A DNA stretch of 45,623 nt from Alphaproteobacteria bacterium. Its GTDB lineage: Bacteria; Pseudomonadota; Alphaproteobacteria; Rs-D84. The position numbers were made by a program, and so were the translations under genes. Location: NCBI GenBank assembly GCA_024402735.1, contig JAKSTE010000001.1:1-45623 (forward strand). Reading direction: 5' to 3'. Of the stretch, positions 19,358 to 28,999 are shown in pieces (the stretch's first letter is position 1; each line of letters opens with the position of its first letter). The notes under the pieces are model-generated. The model was not told where the DNA came from, did no database searches, and worked only from the letters and a program-made list of their open reading frames with translations.

Positions 19358-19803
19358 ATTCTTACTCTGTTAGAAAATATTGATACTAATATATATGTTA
19401 TAGACAATAATAAAAATAACCAAATATTATTTAATAACAATATTCCGTTTATATGAAACAACGTTAATAAGAAAATACCTATTCCTATAAACGTCATGAA
19501 AATAAACAAGGCGTTTTTTTCTGCGTGATTAATATTGATAATAGTTTGAAAGCCGTTTAAAGCATAAGTAAGACAAAACAAAGAAGTCCAAAACAATGGT
19601 ATTCCAGACAAATAATCTATTAAAAAACAAATAATTACACCAAAAACACTAAACCAATAAATTGGTTTTACAAATGTGTAATAAAAAATTGGAGCTAAAG
19701 CTAAAATTCCAGCAGGATTCCAAAAAGGAGTTGATAAGCGCCATAATAACAATGTGATCAAAAATGGCGCTAACGTTTTTAAAGTATTACATATTTGTAA
19801 CAT
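19354..19803 (-). CDS. mreD: Rod shape-determining protein MreD
   Basis: 149-aa polytopic membrane protein between mreC and mrdA, with overlaps at both ends (ATGA, TAATG). Confidence 0.6.
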   Translation of the reverse strand: MLQICNTLKTLAPFLITLLLWRLSTPFWNPAGILALAPIFYYTFVKPIYWFSVFGVIICFLIDYLSGIPLFWTSLFCLTYALNGFQTIININHAEKNALFIFMTFIGIGIFLLTLFHINGILLLNNIWLFLLLSITYILVSIFSNRVRI

Positions 19804-20693
19804 TATTTATAAGAGCCTTGGTTATTAAATTTTAAAATCAAAACCCTGGATACTTCTTGTGGTTTTAATACTTTAACATTCGTTTCGTTTATAGTGTTTC
19901 CAACATAAATACCGCTAGGTAAAACACCACTAATATTACTAGTTATTAATTGTAGGTCTTTACTTGTTTTAAATTTTGGGTCGCTTAAAAAAACTAATGA
20001 CGAATTGTTTTTGCCATTACCTTGTAAAAAACCATAAACATCAGACCCAGATATTCTTACTGCGATATTAGAATCTGTATCTGTTAAAGATCTAACTCTT
20101 GAAAAACGATCTCCAACATCCATTATTATACCTATTAATCTATTATCAAAAGAAACAACGGCCATACCCTTCTCTACACCTTCTTTAGATCCTTTGTTTA
20201 TAGAGAATATATTGTGATAAAAAGGATTGGTTATAGAAAAAATATCTGCGACAATTGTTTTATAAGGAGATGTTTTTACTACATCTAATTCTTTTTCCAA
20301 CTTTTTGTTTTCTTTGATTGCTATATCACAAGAGTACTTTTGAGCTAAAGCTTCATCTAGTTTTGCTCTTAATTCCTCGTTTTCAGAACGTATTGAAGAT
20401 AATTCTTTTATGTTTGATATACCTTTACCAATAGCTCTTATAGGCCAAGAAATTACAGAACCAGTCCAATGAGCTACAGGTAAAACAACATGAGCTACAG
20501 AATTCATAATAGAATAATCTGGTTTATCCATGAGTATATATATAAAAAAAACAGGTAAAACAGCTGCAGAAAGAGCTGCTTTTATAATTTTGTTAAGCCT
20601 GAAAGATTGTTTGTTTTTTATCATCGAATGTACTGTAGCGAAATTTAACGAATATTCAATAAAAACTTGATTTTTCTTTTTATTCTGCCACAA
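19803..20693 (-). CDS. mreC: Rod shape-determining protein MreC
   Basis: N-terminal TM, coiled coil ENEELRAKLDEA, beta-rich C-terminus with G.VLP.G..VG. The start is uncertain: GTG at 20693 or ATG at 20624. Confidence 0.8.
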   Translation of the reverse strand: MWQNKKKNQVFIEYSLNFATVHSMIKNKQSFRLNKIIKAALSAAVLPVFFIYILMDKPDYSIMNSVAHVVLPVAHWTGSVISWPIRAIGKGISNIKELSSIRSENEELRAKLDEALAQKYSCDIAIKENKKLEKELDVVKTSPYKTIVADIFSITNPFYHNIFSINKGSKEGVEKGMAVVSFDNRLIGIIMDVGDRFSRVRSLTDTDSNIAVRISGSDVYGFLQGNGKNNSSLVFLSDPKFKTSKDLQLITSNISGVLPSGIYVGNTINETNVKVLKPQEVSRVLILKFNNQGSYK

Positions 20694-20750
20694 TTAGACC
20701 CAACCGACATGGCAAGGCATTGCCACGAGGAAATACAAAAAGGATAAAAA

Positions 20751-20954
20751 ATGCCAAAAATGAAAACAAAATCGTACTTAAAAAAACGTGCGTCTATGAC
20801 TGCAACCGGTAAAATTCGCGTTGCTAGAAATGCTCACCACAAATGTTTGTTGCATAAATCCAAACGTGCTAATAACGCTGGATCTAAACCACAATATTTG
20901 AATGAAAACATGATGGGTCAGGCAAAAATCTTGGCTCCATATGGATTGAAATAA
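20751..20954 (+). CDS. rpmI: 50S ribosomal protein L35
   Basis: MPKMKTKS...KR...TATGKI, 67 aa, precedes rplT. Confidence 0.9.
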   Translation: MPKMKTKSYLKKRASMTATGKIRVARNAHHKCLLHKSKRANNAGSKPQYLNENMMGQAKILAPYGLK

Positions 20955-20969
20955 TAAGGGGGCGTAATT

Positions 20970-21338
20970 ATGGCAAGAGTAAAACGCGGAACAACCGTAA
21001 AACAGAAACATAAAAAGATACTTGATCGTGCTAAAGGTTATTTAGCTCGTCATCATTCTACTTATCGTGCTGCAAGAGAAAAAACAGAAAAAGCAGGACA
21101 ATATGCATACCGCGATCGCCGTGCAAAAAAACGTGATTTTCGTTCTTTGTGGATCGTTCGTATAAATGCAGCTGTTCGTGCAAATGGTTTGACTTACAGC
21201 CAGTTCATGAATGGATTGAAGAAAGCAGGTGTTGTTTTGGACCGTAAAGTTTTGGCTCAAATGGCATACGATGCAGATAAAAGCTTCAATACATTAATTG
21301 AAACTGCAAAACGATTTATTGCTCCATCTGCTAAATAA
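20970..21338 (+). CDS. rplT: 50S ribosomal protein L20
   Basis: [22 protein letters not shown]...YRDRR.KKRDFR.LWI.RINAA. Confidence 0.95.
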   Translation: MARVKRGTTVKQKHKKILDRAKGYLARHHSTYRAAREKTEKAGQYAYRDRRAKKRDFRSLWIVRINAAVRANGLTYSQFMNGLKKAGVVLDRKVLAQMAYDADKSFNTLIETAKRFIAPSAK

Positions 21339-21369
21339 CACTTGGCGGCAAGGTTTTGTTTTGTCATAA

Positions 21370-21397
21370 TAAGGCCGTAGAGATACGGTCTTATTTT
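21370..21397 (+). terminator. Intrinsic terminator/attenuator between rplT and pheS
   Basis: 10-bp stem TAAGGCCGTA/TACGGTCTTA with GAGA tetraloop, then TTTT. Only 16 nt remain before the pheS ATG. Confidence 0.55.
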
Positions 21398-21413
21398 AAT
21401 ATACGGGGAAAAA

Positions 21414-22358
21414 ATGAAAGACGATATACAAAAAGTTGATTCTTTAGAAAAATTGCAGGAACTATATACAGCTACATTTGGTAAAAATGGGACGATGACA
21501 GCTAAATTAAAAACGATGGCTACTTTATCAAATGAAGAAAGAGCAGTTTTAAATAACGAAAACACAGAATTACGTCAATTGTTTAAACAAAAACAAACAG
21601 AATTAGAAAACGCTGCTTTAAATGCTAAATTGGCAACAGAAGCTGTTGACGTAACTTTAGATGTTGAGCCAGAGAACAAAGGAACATTACATCCTTTGAC
21701 GTGGGCTTTAAAAGAGATCGCTGCTATTTTAGAATCTTTCGGTTATACCTTATGGACTGGTCCAGAAGTAGAGGATGATTGGCATAATTTTACAGCTTTA
21801 AATACACCCGAATATCATCCTGCTAGAGATATGCAAGACAGTTTTTTCTTTGAAAATGGAAATGTTATGCGTACACAAACTAGTTCCATACAGATTCGTG
21901 CTATGGAAAAACTTGGTGCCCCTATTAAAATGTTTGGTATAGGATCAACATACCGCAAAGAAATGGATGCAACACATTCCCCGATGTTTCATCAGATAGA
22001 AGGTTTATATGTTGATAAAAATGTAACAATGTCTGATTTAATAGGTACTTTGCGTGCATTGTTATCAAAGTTTTTCGAAAAAGAAATAGAAATACGTATT
22101 AGACCATCATATTTTCCATTTACAGAACCTTCTGTAGAATTTGATATGAAATGGGAAGGTGGCAAATGGTTAGAAATGGGTGGTGCGGGTATGGTTCATC
22201 CAAATGTTTTGCGTAATTGTAAAATTGATCCTGAAAAATATCAGGGCTTTGCTTTTGGTTTTGGATGGGATAGATTAGCAATGCTTAAATATGGTTTAAC
22301 TGATTTGCGTCCTTTTTATGATGGTGATGTACGTTGGTTAAAAAACAATGGCTTTTAA
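21414..22358 (+). CDS. pheS: Phenylalanine--tRNA ligase alpha subunit
   Basis: HPARDMQDSFF, RTQTSSIQIR, FHQIEGL, FPFTEPS, GAGMVHP, FGFGWDRLAM. Confidence 0.95.
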   Translation: MKDDIQKVDSLEKLQELYTATFGKNGTMTAKLKTMATLSNEERAVLNNENTELRQLFKQKQTELENAALNAKLATEAVDVTLDVEPENKGTLHPLTWALKEIAAILESFGYTLWTGPEVEDDWHNFTALNTPEYHPARDMQDSFFFENGNVMRTQTSSIQIRAMEKLGAPIKMFGIGSTYRKEMDATHSPMFHQIEGLYVDKNVTMSDLIGTLRALLSKFFEKEIEIRIRPSYFPFTEPSVEFDMKWEGGKWLEMGGAGMVHPNVLRNCKIDPEKYQGFAFGFGWDRLAMLKYGLTDLRPFYDGDVRWLKNNGF

Positions 22359-22373
22359 TGAAGGGGATACAAA

Positions 22374-24041
22374 ATGAAATGGACATATAATTGGTTGAAA
22401 CAGTATTTAGATACAAATTTATCCCCAGATCAAATTGCTGATAAATTAACATCTATTGGTTTAGAGGTAGAAGATTTATATATACCTATTTTACCTATAG
22501 CGGCAAAAATAGTTGAATGTGTTCCACATGAAAACTCTGATCATTTACATGTTTTAAAAGTAGACGACGGATCTGGTACTTTACGCCAGGTTGTTTGCGG
22601 CGCTCCAAATGCTCGTGTTGGATTGGTGTCTGCTCTAGCAATACCAGGATGTAAAATAGGAGATATTGAAATACAACCAGGAAAACTTCGTGGTGTTGAA
22701 TCTAATGGTATGATGTGTAGCGCAAAAGAACTTGGTTTAAGTGAAGATCATACAGGAATAATAGAACTTGATGAAACCAAAGAAGTTATAGGACAACCAA
22801 TATCTGCTTTGTCGGAAACAGGAAGTGCTGTTTTTGATACTTCAATTACTCCGAATAGACCAGATTATTTATCTGTACGTGGTATAGCATTAGATTTATC
22901 TGCTGCATCTGCAGGAATTTATAAGGCAGAACATTTGTCTGATTTGGATTTGTTAAATGGTTCTAGATCGGTACATGTTTTAGCAGAAGCAGAATGCCCT
23001 ACTTATCGTTTTTGTGAAATCCATGGTATAAAAAACACAACGTCAGATAAAAAAATAGCATCTTGTTTAATAGGGGCTGGTATTAATCCAAAAAATGCAG
23101 CAGTTGATGCAACTAATTATATTTGTTACGACATGGCACAACCTATGCATTGTTTTGATGCAGATAAGGTTATTGGTGATATTACAGTTCGTTTAGCAAA
23201 AGAAGGAGAATCTTTTAAAGATTTGTTTGGTAGCGAACACACATTAACAAATAAAGATTTAGTTATAACAGATGACGAAGGTATTTTAGCTTTAGCAGGT
23301 GTTATTGGTGGGCAAAGAGCATCTACTACTATGGATACTAAAAATATTATTTTAGAGTCTGCTTATTTTGATCCAGTTACAGTACGTAAAACATCAAAAC
23401 GTATAGGTGTATCTACTGATTCTTCTTATAGATATGAACGTGGAATAAACCCTTCTATTTCTGGAGAGGCTTTAGCAAACGCTGTAAAAATAATTACAAG
23501 TGTTTGTGGTGGTGCGGTTGTTAATGTAGCTTGTTGTGGAAGAGATAATTATTCGCCAAATAAAGTTTCTTACAAACCAGAACTGTTTGCAAAAAAGACA
23601 GGTTTGCAAATGGAAGAACAGGTTCAGTTGGATATATTAAACAAATTGCAATTTAATGTTCAAAAAGAAAAAGATGGAACTTGGATGATAACACCAAATC
23701 CATCTAGGGTGGATATACAAATTGCAGAAAATATTGTTTCTGAATTAATACGTATATATGGATATGAAAAAATAGGTTTTTCCTCTTATCCTGAAAATAC
23801 AATAAATGTTTCACATAATGATATGAATTTGCCATTAAAAGAAAAATTAGCTAATCGTGGTTTGAATGAAAGTGCATCTTTTGGTTTTGGTAATTCAAAA
23901 ATAGAAACAATGTTATCTGATAAACCTATTATAAAAATAGCAAATCCTATAACGATAGATTTGGATACTGCACGCAATACATTGTTAGAAAATTTATTAA
24001 TAGCAGTTTCTAATAACGAAAAACGTGGTTTTTCAGATTGA
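22374..24041 (+). CDS. pheT: Phenylalanine--tRNA ligase beta subunit, N-terminal 555 codons ending at an in-frame TGA
   Basis: MKWTYNWLKQYL, tRNA-binding domain (VCGAPN, GVESNGMMCS), B3/4 and B5 regions. Homology continues straight across the TGA at 24039-24041. Confidence 0.85.
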   Translation: MKWTYNWLKQYLDTNLSPDQIADKLTSIGLEVEDLYIPILPIAAKIVECVPHENSDHLHVLKVDDGSGTLRQVVCGAPNARVGLVSALAIPGCKIGDIEIQPGKLRGVESNGMMCSAKELGLSEDHTGIIELDETKEVIGQPISALSETGSAVFDTSITPNRPDYLSVRGIALDLSAASAGIYKAEHLSDLDLLNGSRSVHVLAEAECPTYRFCEIHGIKNTTSDKKIASCLIGAGINPKNAAVDATNYICYDMAQPMHCFDADKVIGDITVRLAKEGESFKDLFGSEHTLTNKDLVITDDEGILALAGVIGGQRASTTMDTKNIILESAYFDPVTVRKTSKRIGVSTDSSYRYERGINPSISGEALANAVKIITSVCGGAVVNVACCGRDNYSPNKVSYKPELFAKKTGLQMEEQVQLDILNKLQFNVQKEKDGTWMITPNPSRVDIQIAENIVSELIRIYGYEKIGFSSYPENTINVSHNDMNLPLKEKLANRGLNESASFGFGNSKIETMLSDKPIIKIANPITIDLDTARNTLLENLLIAVSNNEKRGFSD

Positions 24042-24101
24042 AATTTATTTGAAGTAGGAACGGTTTTTGATGGAGATAAACCAGAAGAACAACATACTTC
24101 T

Positions 24102-24698
24102 TTGTGTATTGTTCGTACAGGAATGACGTCGCAAAAACATTGGATGAACAGATTCCGTAGTGTAGATGTTTTTGATGTAAAAGCAGATATTATTTCTATG
24201 CTTGGAGCCCAAAAATTTACAATACGTACAGATAATGCTCCTTTGTGGGCACACCCATATAAATACGGGGCAATAGTTCAGGGCACAAAAGTTTTGGCAG
24301 AATTTGGTCAATTACATCCTTCTGTAGCAAAACAGATGCATATAAAAACACCTGTTATGATAGCTATAGTTGAAGATATTAATAATTTACCGATAAATGC
24401 TAAAAACAAAAAAATACCTGTTACTGACTTCATGCCAATTACGCGTGATTTTGCATTTATTGTTGATAATACTTTCCCTGCAGAAAAAGTTATATCTACA
24501 GCTGTTTCTTCAGATAAAAACATATCAGAAGTTACAGTTTTTGATTCTTTCGACATGGGTGATGGTAAAAAATCTATAGCATTTACTATAAAGATTTATC
24601 CTGAAAAGAATATGACAGATGAACAATTGTTGTGTATTCAAAATATAGTGATAAATAATGTTGAAAAGAAATGTAATGCTAAAATAAGAGACAAATAA
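24102..24698 (+). CDS. pheT: Phenylalanine--tRNA ligase beta subunit, C-terminal part (same frame as 22374..24041; homology already resumes at 24042)
   Basis: Codons 24042 onward read NLFEVGTVF...VDVFDVKADI...FGQLHP... and the anticodon-binding FDSF..GDGKKSIAF end. No other stop lies between 24042 and 24101. Confidence 0.8.
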   Translation: MCIVRTGMTSQKHWMNRFRSVDVFDVKADIISMLGAQKFTIRTDNAPLWAHPYKYGAIVQGTKVLAEFGQLHPSVAKQMHIKTPVMIAIVEDINNLPINAKNKKIPVTDFMPITRDFAFIVDNTFPAEKVISTAVSSDKNISEVTVFDSFDMGDGKKSIAFTIKIYPEKNMTDEQLLCIQNIVINNVEKKCNAKIRDK

Positions 24699-24726
24699 AA
24701 AAATACCGGCATTTGCCGGTGTTTTT
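24697..24726. terminator. Bidirectional terminator between pheT and nth
   Basis: AAAAAATACCGGCATTTGCCGGTGTTTTT. Confidence 0.6.
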
Positions 24727-25399
24727 ATATGTTTTTGTCTTTTGAATTACACCATTTGCTTACAGGGCATTTGTCACATTGTGGACGAATGGCTTTACAT
24801 GTGTATCTGCCATGTAAGACCATAACATGGTTTACTATTTCGTGGTAAACAGATGGTATTATTTTTAATAATTTTTCTTCAACCTTTTCTGGTGTGTTAT
24901 CCGATTTTTTTACCCATCCGAATCTGTGTGATAATCTAAATACATGGGTGTCTACACCAATATTTGGTGCTCCCCATAATACATTCATAATAACATTAGC
25001 GGTTTTTTGGCCTATACCAGGTAATTTCATTAACTCTTGTCTAGAATGGTATTTTTTAGGGAATTTATAATTATTGTTGTTACTATTTTTGTCTTTTAGT
25101 TGTTGTGATAATAAAATTATGTTTTTAGCTTTGTTGTTAAAGAAAGATATCACGTGTATGTGTTTTTTTAAACCTTCTTCTCCCAGTTTTAACATGGTGT
25201 CAGGAGTAGATGCTATTTTAAATAAGTCAGGTGTAACTTCGTTTACTTTTTTGTCTGTAGCTTGAGCCGACAAAATAACAGCAACAGCAAAGGCGAACTC
25301 ATTAGTACTGTATAACTCAGACCTAATATTCATATTTAACGTTTTAGAAACATTTTTAAAATAAATATCAGGTGTAAGAGTTATGTTTTGTTTAGTCAT
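24725..25399 (-). CDS. nth: Endonuclease III
   Basis: HhH-GPD LPGIGQKTANV, DTHV.R, FeS cluster C..RPQCDKCPVSKWC. Contains an N-rich insertion. Confidence 0.9.
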   Translation of the reverse strand: MTKQNITLTPDIYFKNVSKTLNMNIRSELYSTNEFAFAVAVILSAQATDKKVNEVTPDLFKIASTPDTMLKLGEEGLKKHIHVISFFNNKAKNIILLSQQLKDKNSNNNNYKFPKKYHSRQELMKLPGIGQKTANVIMNVLWGAPNIGVDTHVFRLSHRFGWVKKSDNTPEKVEEKLLKIIPSVYHEIVNHVMVLHGRYTCKAIRPQCDKCPVSKWCNSKDKNI

Positions 25400-25928
25400 T
25401 TAATAATGATTTACACATGTTGTTACATTTTGTATCACAAGACGAATCAGTAACAGTGTTTGAGGTATATCTAAAGCCGTCTAATGTAAAATCATTACAT
25501 TTGCATCCAAGAATGTATTTAAAAGGTTGTGCTTCATAATTAATACCGGAGACGATATTTGCCTCAGATATTTTTATACATTTTCCAACTGTAGAATCGT
25601 TTTCACCAAAACATAATTTTTCACATTGTTTATTACATGTTTCGTTGTGTGGGGTGTTTGACTTAAAATCAAAACCATCAACAAGATTCATAGAATTTTT
25701 TACCTTGCACCAACATAATAAATTATAAATAGATACGTCTTCAACAACAATACCGTCTTTTGTATTGGATGTAATATTACGTTCGTATGGCAAACAAAAA
25801 GCACGTTTGTTTGTGTTCTGAATATTAGTGTTATTTTGTGGTAATAAAGTTTTTGATATTAAGACAAACAAAACAGTCCATACTAAGAAAATGATTAAAA
25901 ATAATAAAGTTTTCTTTTTTGTATCCAT
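25392..25928 (-). CDS. Secreted/membrane-anchored 12-cysteine protein with an internal duplication
   Basis: N-terminal TM LLFLIIFLVWTVLFVLI. Two repeats of CxC-x(5-9)-DGF-x-[FY]-x-SNT-x(4-5)-C-x3-C-x3-C. Overlaps the nth start by 8 nt and follows ileS by 20 nt. Confidence 0.6.
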   Translation of the reverse strand: MDTKKKTLLFLIIFLVWTVLFVLISKTLLPQNNTNIQNTNKRAFCLPYERNITSNTKDGIVVEDVSIYNLLCWCKVKNSMNLVDGFDFKSNTPHNETCNKQCEKLCFGENDSTVGKCIKISEANIVSGINYEAQPFKYILGCKCNDFTLDGFRYTSNTVTDSSCDTKCNNMCKSLLND

Positions 25929-25947
25929 TTTTCTCTCTCCATAATAA

Positions 25948-28900
25948 TTATATTTTACTAATGTTTATAGCTAGTTTATGCCCTTCTATATCAATAGAAA
26001 ACATATCTGCTTTGCCTGCTTGCATGTCTACTATTAAAGCATCGTGCATAATACGCTCTTTGTGTACATTAATAGCATCAGATAAAACATCATCTGTATT
26101 ATATACCATTTTTATTCTGTCTGATACATCAAAATTAGCAGCTTTACGAGAATCTTGTATAAAACGCAAAGCGTCATTTACCAAACCTTCTGCTATCAAA
26201 TCAGAACTTACTTCTGTGTTCAATATAACTACAGCGGTGTTGTCAGGCAAACTGGCTCCATTAACGTTTTCTTTTACGGTTAATCGATTTTCAAATTCAT
26301 CAGAATTTAAAACAAAATCACCAACCATCAATTTATCTTCTTTTAAAGAATATTTTCCTTGTTTTACAGCAGGTATTATATCTTTTAAAGCTCCGCCTAA
26401 ACGAGCGCCTATTTTTGGTGTGATTAGATAAATAAAAGAATCCGCTACACTATGTATATCTGCGATAAACTTTACATCTTTTACGTTTAGTTCATCACGA
26501 ATAATGTCTGTATATTCAGACATGTTTACGCCAGCAATAGTTACATCTTTTAAAGGTAGACGGTTACGTAATTTATATTGTTCGCGTAATTGCTTTCCGA
26601 CAGATACAATCATTTGAACTTTACGCATGTCTTCAACGATGTTTTTGTTTGTGTTCTTTGCTTCTGGCCAAGATTCTAAATGAACAGATTCTTTACCAGT
26701 TAGATTCTTATATATATATTCTGATATAAATGGAGCGAAAGGAGCTAAACATTTACATAATGTAACTAATACATTATAAAGTGTTTCAAAAGCCGTTTTG
26801 TCTTCGTTCCAAAATCTATCACGATTACGACGTATGTACCAGTTGTTCAAAATATCTAAGAATCTAATAAATTCTTTTATAGCTATATCTGGTTTGTATT
26901 CTTCCAGTGATTTTGTTGTTGTAGAAATCAATTCGTTTAATTCAGACAATATATATTTATCTAATAAATTATCTGATTCTGAATATTCTTTGTCTACAGT
27001 TATATGCCCTGCATTAGCATACAATGTGAAGAAGTGATAAGCGTTCCATAAAGGTGTAAGTATTGTTTTTATTGTATCGTTAAATACTTTACCTTCTTTA
27101 TCAACTAATACAGGTTCTGCTTTCATAAAGTTACTGCCTTGTATAAATAAACGAACAGCGTCTGCACCATATTGTTCCAATTGTTCAGAAGGATCTACAA
27201 AGTTGTGTAATGATTTAGAAAACTTACGTTTTTGTTCGTCCATAATCATACCGTTTGCAGATACAACCTTGAATGCTGGTTTATCAAATAAAGCAACAGC
27301 CATAACCATTAAAGAATAAAACCAACCACGTGTTTGGTCTTGTCCTTCGATTATGTAGTTTGCCGGAAAATTAGCTTCGAATTTTTCTTTGTTTTCAAAA
27401 GGATAATGTAATGAAGCAAAAGGCATAGACCCGGATTCAAACCAACAATCTAATACGTCTGTTATACGTTTCCAACCGTCTTTTTGTAAAGCGTCTAATG
27501 TTGGACGATGTAAATCTTTTATTTCTACACCAAAGAAATCTTCAATTTCTTTTATAGATCCAAAGATTTTATACTCACCATCTTTTTCCCAAATTGGTAA
27601 TGGTACTCCCCAGAATCTATTACGAGAAATACCCCATGGACGAACGTTTTCTATCCATGCCATAAAACGATTTCCTGCAGATGTCCATGTTGTTTCGTTC
27701 TTTGTTATTTCAACTAAACGATCACGTATTTTAGGAACATCTATATACCATGCATCTGTTGCTCTATAGATTAATTTTTCTTTACTGCGTGGTCCATAAG
27801 GATAGCTGTGTTTGTGTTGGTCTTTTTTTACTAAACGACCATTTGTTTTTAACCAATCTATAATTTTTGGGTTTGCTTCAAATATGTTTTGTTCGGCCCA
27901 ATCTAAAACAGATTTATCAAAATTACCATAATCATCAACATTTAAAATAACAGGAAATTTAGGATCTAAATTTTTTGCCGCTAAATAATCGTCTTCACCA
28001 AATGCTGGGGCTATATGAACTATGCCTGTTCCGTCTCCATCAGATACATAAGCTGCAGATATAATTTGGTGTAATAAAGGATCTTGTCCAGCATAATAAT
28101 TAAATATAGGTTTGTAATGTATACCAACCAAATCTTTACCAGAAACAGTATTTAATATTTCTGAATTAGTAAATACTTTATCATACGCTTTCAAACGAGA
28201 CTCTGCTAACACGTATACACTACCATCTTCGTGTTTTACACGAACATAAGTCATGTTTGGGTTAACAGCCAAAGCAGAGTTTGCTGGTAATGTCCATGGT
28301 GTTGTTGTCCATGCGATAGCTTTATCACCATTGTCTAATTCAAACCATACTGTTACTGTATCATCGACAACATCTTGATATTCAGAAGAAGCTTCTGAAT
28401 TAGAAAGTACTGTACCTAATTTCCAATCAAAAGGGTTTACTTTAAAATCTTTATAAAGCAAACCTTTGTCATACAGTTGTTTTAAAGCCCATATAACAGA
28501 TTCCATATAGTTAGTATCCATTGTGCGGTAACCAAATTTATCACCACCATCAACCCAACGACCAACCCTTTCTATAAAATGTAACCATTCTTTTGTATAA
28601 GTAGTAACATCTGTACGACACATTTCACAGAAAGCATCTATACCGTCTTCTGCAACTATATTTTTTGCTGTTCTGTTTTGTTTTTTTTCTACAGATGCTT
28701 CAGCTGGCAATCCATGACAATCCCATCCTAATTCACGTACAACATATTCTCCGCGCATAGTATGAAAACGACCAATCATATCTTTAATAGCAGATACTCC
28801 TAAATGTCCCCAATGAGGTAAACCGTTAGCAAAAGGAGGTCCGTCATAAAAATTAAAAGGGTGTCCTAATTTAGTCTTATTCAAACTTTTATGAAAAGTG

Positions 28901-28980
28901 TCATCTTCGCGCCAAAAATCTATGATTTTATGCTCTATTTCAGAGAAATTAGCTTTTGGATCTGTTTTTGGGTATGTCAT
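25948..28980 (-). CDS. ileS: Isoleucine--tRNA ligase (type 2, eukaryote-like architecture)
   Basis: PPFANGLPHWGH (HIGH), KFSKS (KMSKS). The start is taken at MTYPKTDPKANF (ATG at 28980). The ORF-track extension MAGARERRF... is the translated GC-rich leader hairpin. Confidence 0.95.
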   Translation of the reverse strand: MTYPKTDPKANFSEIEHKIIDFWREDDTFHKSLNKTKLGHPFNFYDGPPFANGLPHWGHLGVSAIKDMIGRFHTMRGEYVVRELGWDCHGLPAEASVEKKQNRTAKNIVAEDGIDAFCEMCRTDVTTYTKEWLHFIERVGRWVDGGDKFGYRTMDTNYMESVIWALKQLYDKGLLYKDFKVNPFDWKLGTVLSNSEASSEYQDVVDDTVTVWFELDNGDKAIAWTTTPWTLPANSALAVNPNMTYVRVKHEDGSVYVLAESRLKAYDKVFTNSEILNTVSGKDLVGIHYKPIFNYYAGQDPLLHQIISAAYVSDGDGTGIVHIAPAFGEDDYLAAKNLDPKFPVILNVDDYGNFDKSVLDWAEQNIFEANPKIIDWLKTNGRLVKKDQHKHSYPYGPRSKEKLIYRATDAWYIDVPKIRDRLVEITKNETTWTSAGNRFMAWIENVRPWGISRNRFWGVPLPIWEKDGEYKIFGSIKEIEDFFGVEIKDLHRPTLDALQKDGWKRITDVLDCWFESGSMPFASLHYPFENKEKFEANFPANYIIEGQDQTRGWFYSLMVMAVALFDKPAFKVVSANGMIMDEQKRKFSKSLHNFVDPSEQLEQYGADAVRLFIQGSNFMKAEPVLVDKEGKVFNDTIKTILTPLWNAYHFFTLYANAGHITVDKEYSESDNLLDKYILSELNELISTTTKSLEEYKPDIAIKEFIRFLDILNNWYIRRNRDRFWNEDKTAFETLYNVLVTLCKCLAPFAPFISEYIYKNLTGKESVHLESWPEAKNTNKNIVEDMRKVQMIVSVGKQLREQYKLRNRLPLKDVTIAGVNMSEYTDIIRDELNVKDVKFIADIHSVADSFIYLITPKIGARLGGALKDIIPAVKQGKYSLKEDKLMVGDFVLNSDEFENRLTVKENVNGASLPDNTAVVILNTEVSSDLIAEGLVNDALRFIQDSRKAANFDVSDRIKMVYNTDDVLSDAINVHKERIMHDALIVDMQAGKADMFSIDIEGHKLAINISKI

Positions 28981-28999
28981 AATTTTAAACCTTTTATAT

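Noticed and set aside
24039-24041. Genome-wide TGA reassignment (code 4 Trp or code 25 Gly), or selenocysteine, as the explanation for the pheT in-frame TGA.
   Set aside because: All other long genes are intact under the standard code with Trp as TGG. TGA ends several genes at sensible positions, including ATGA junctions (5871, 19354, 44923) and free-standing stops (33162, 38057). No SECIS-like hairpin follows the codon, and the homologous position is not a catalytic Cys.
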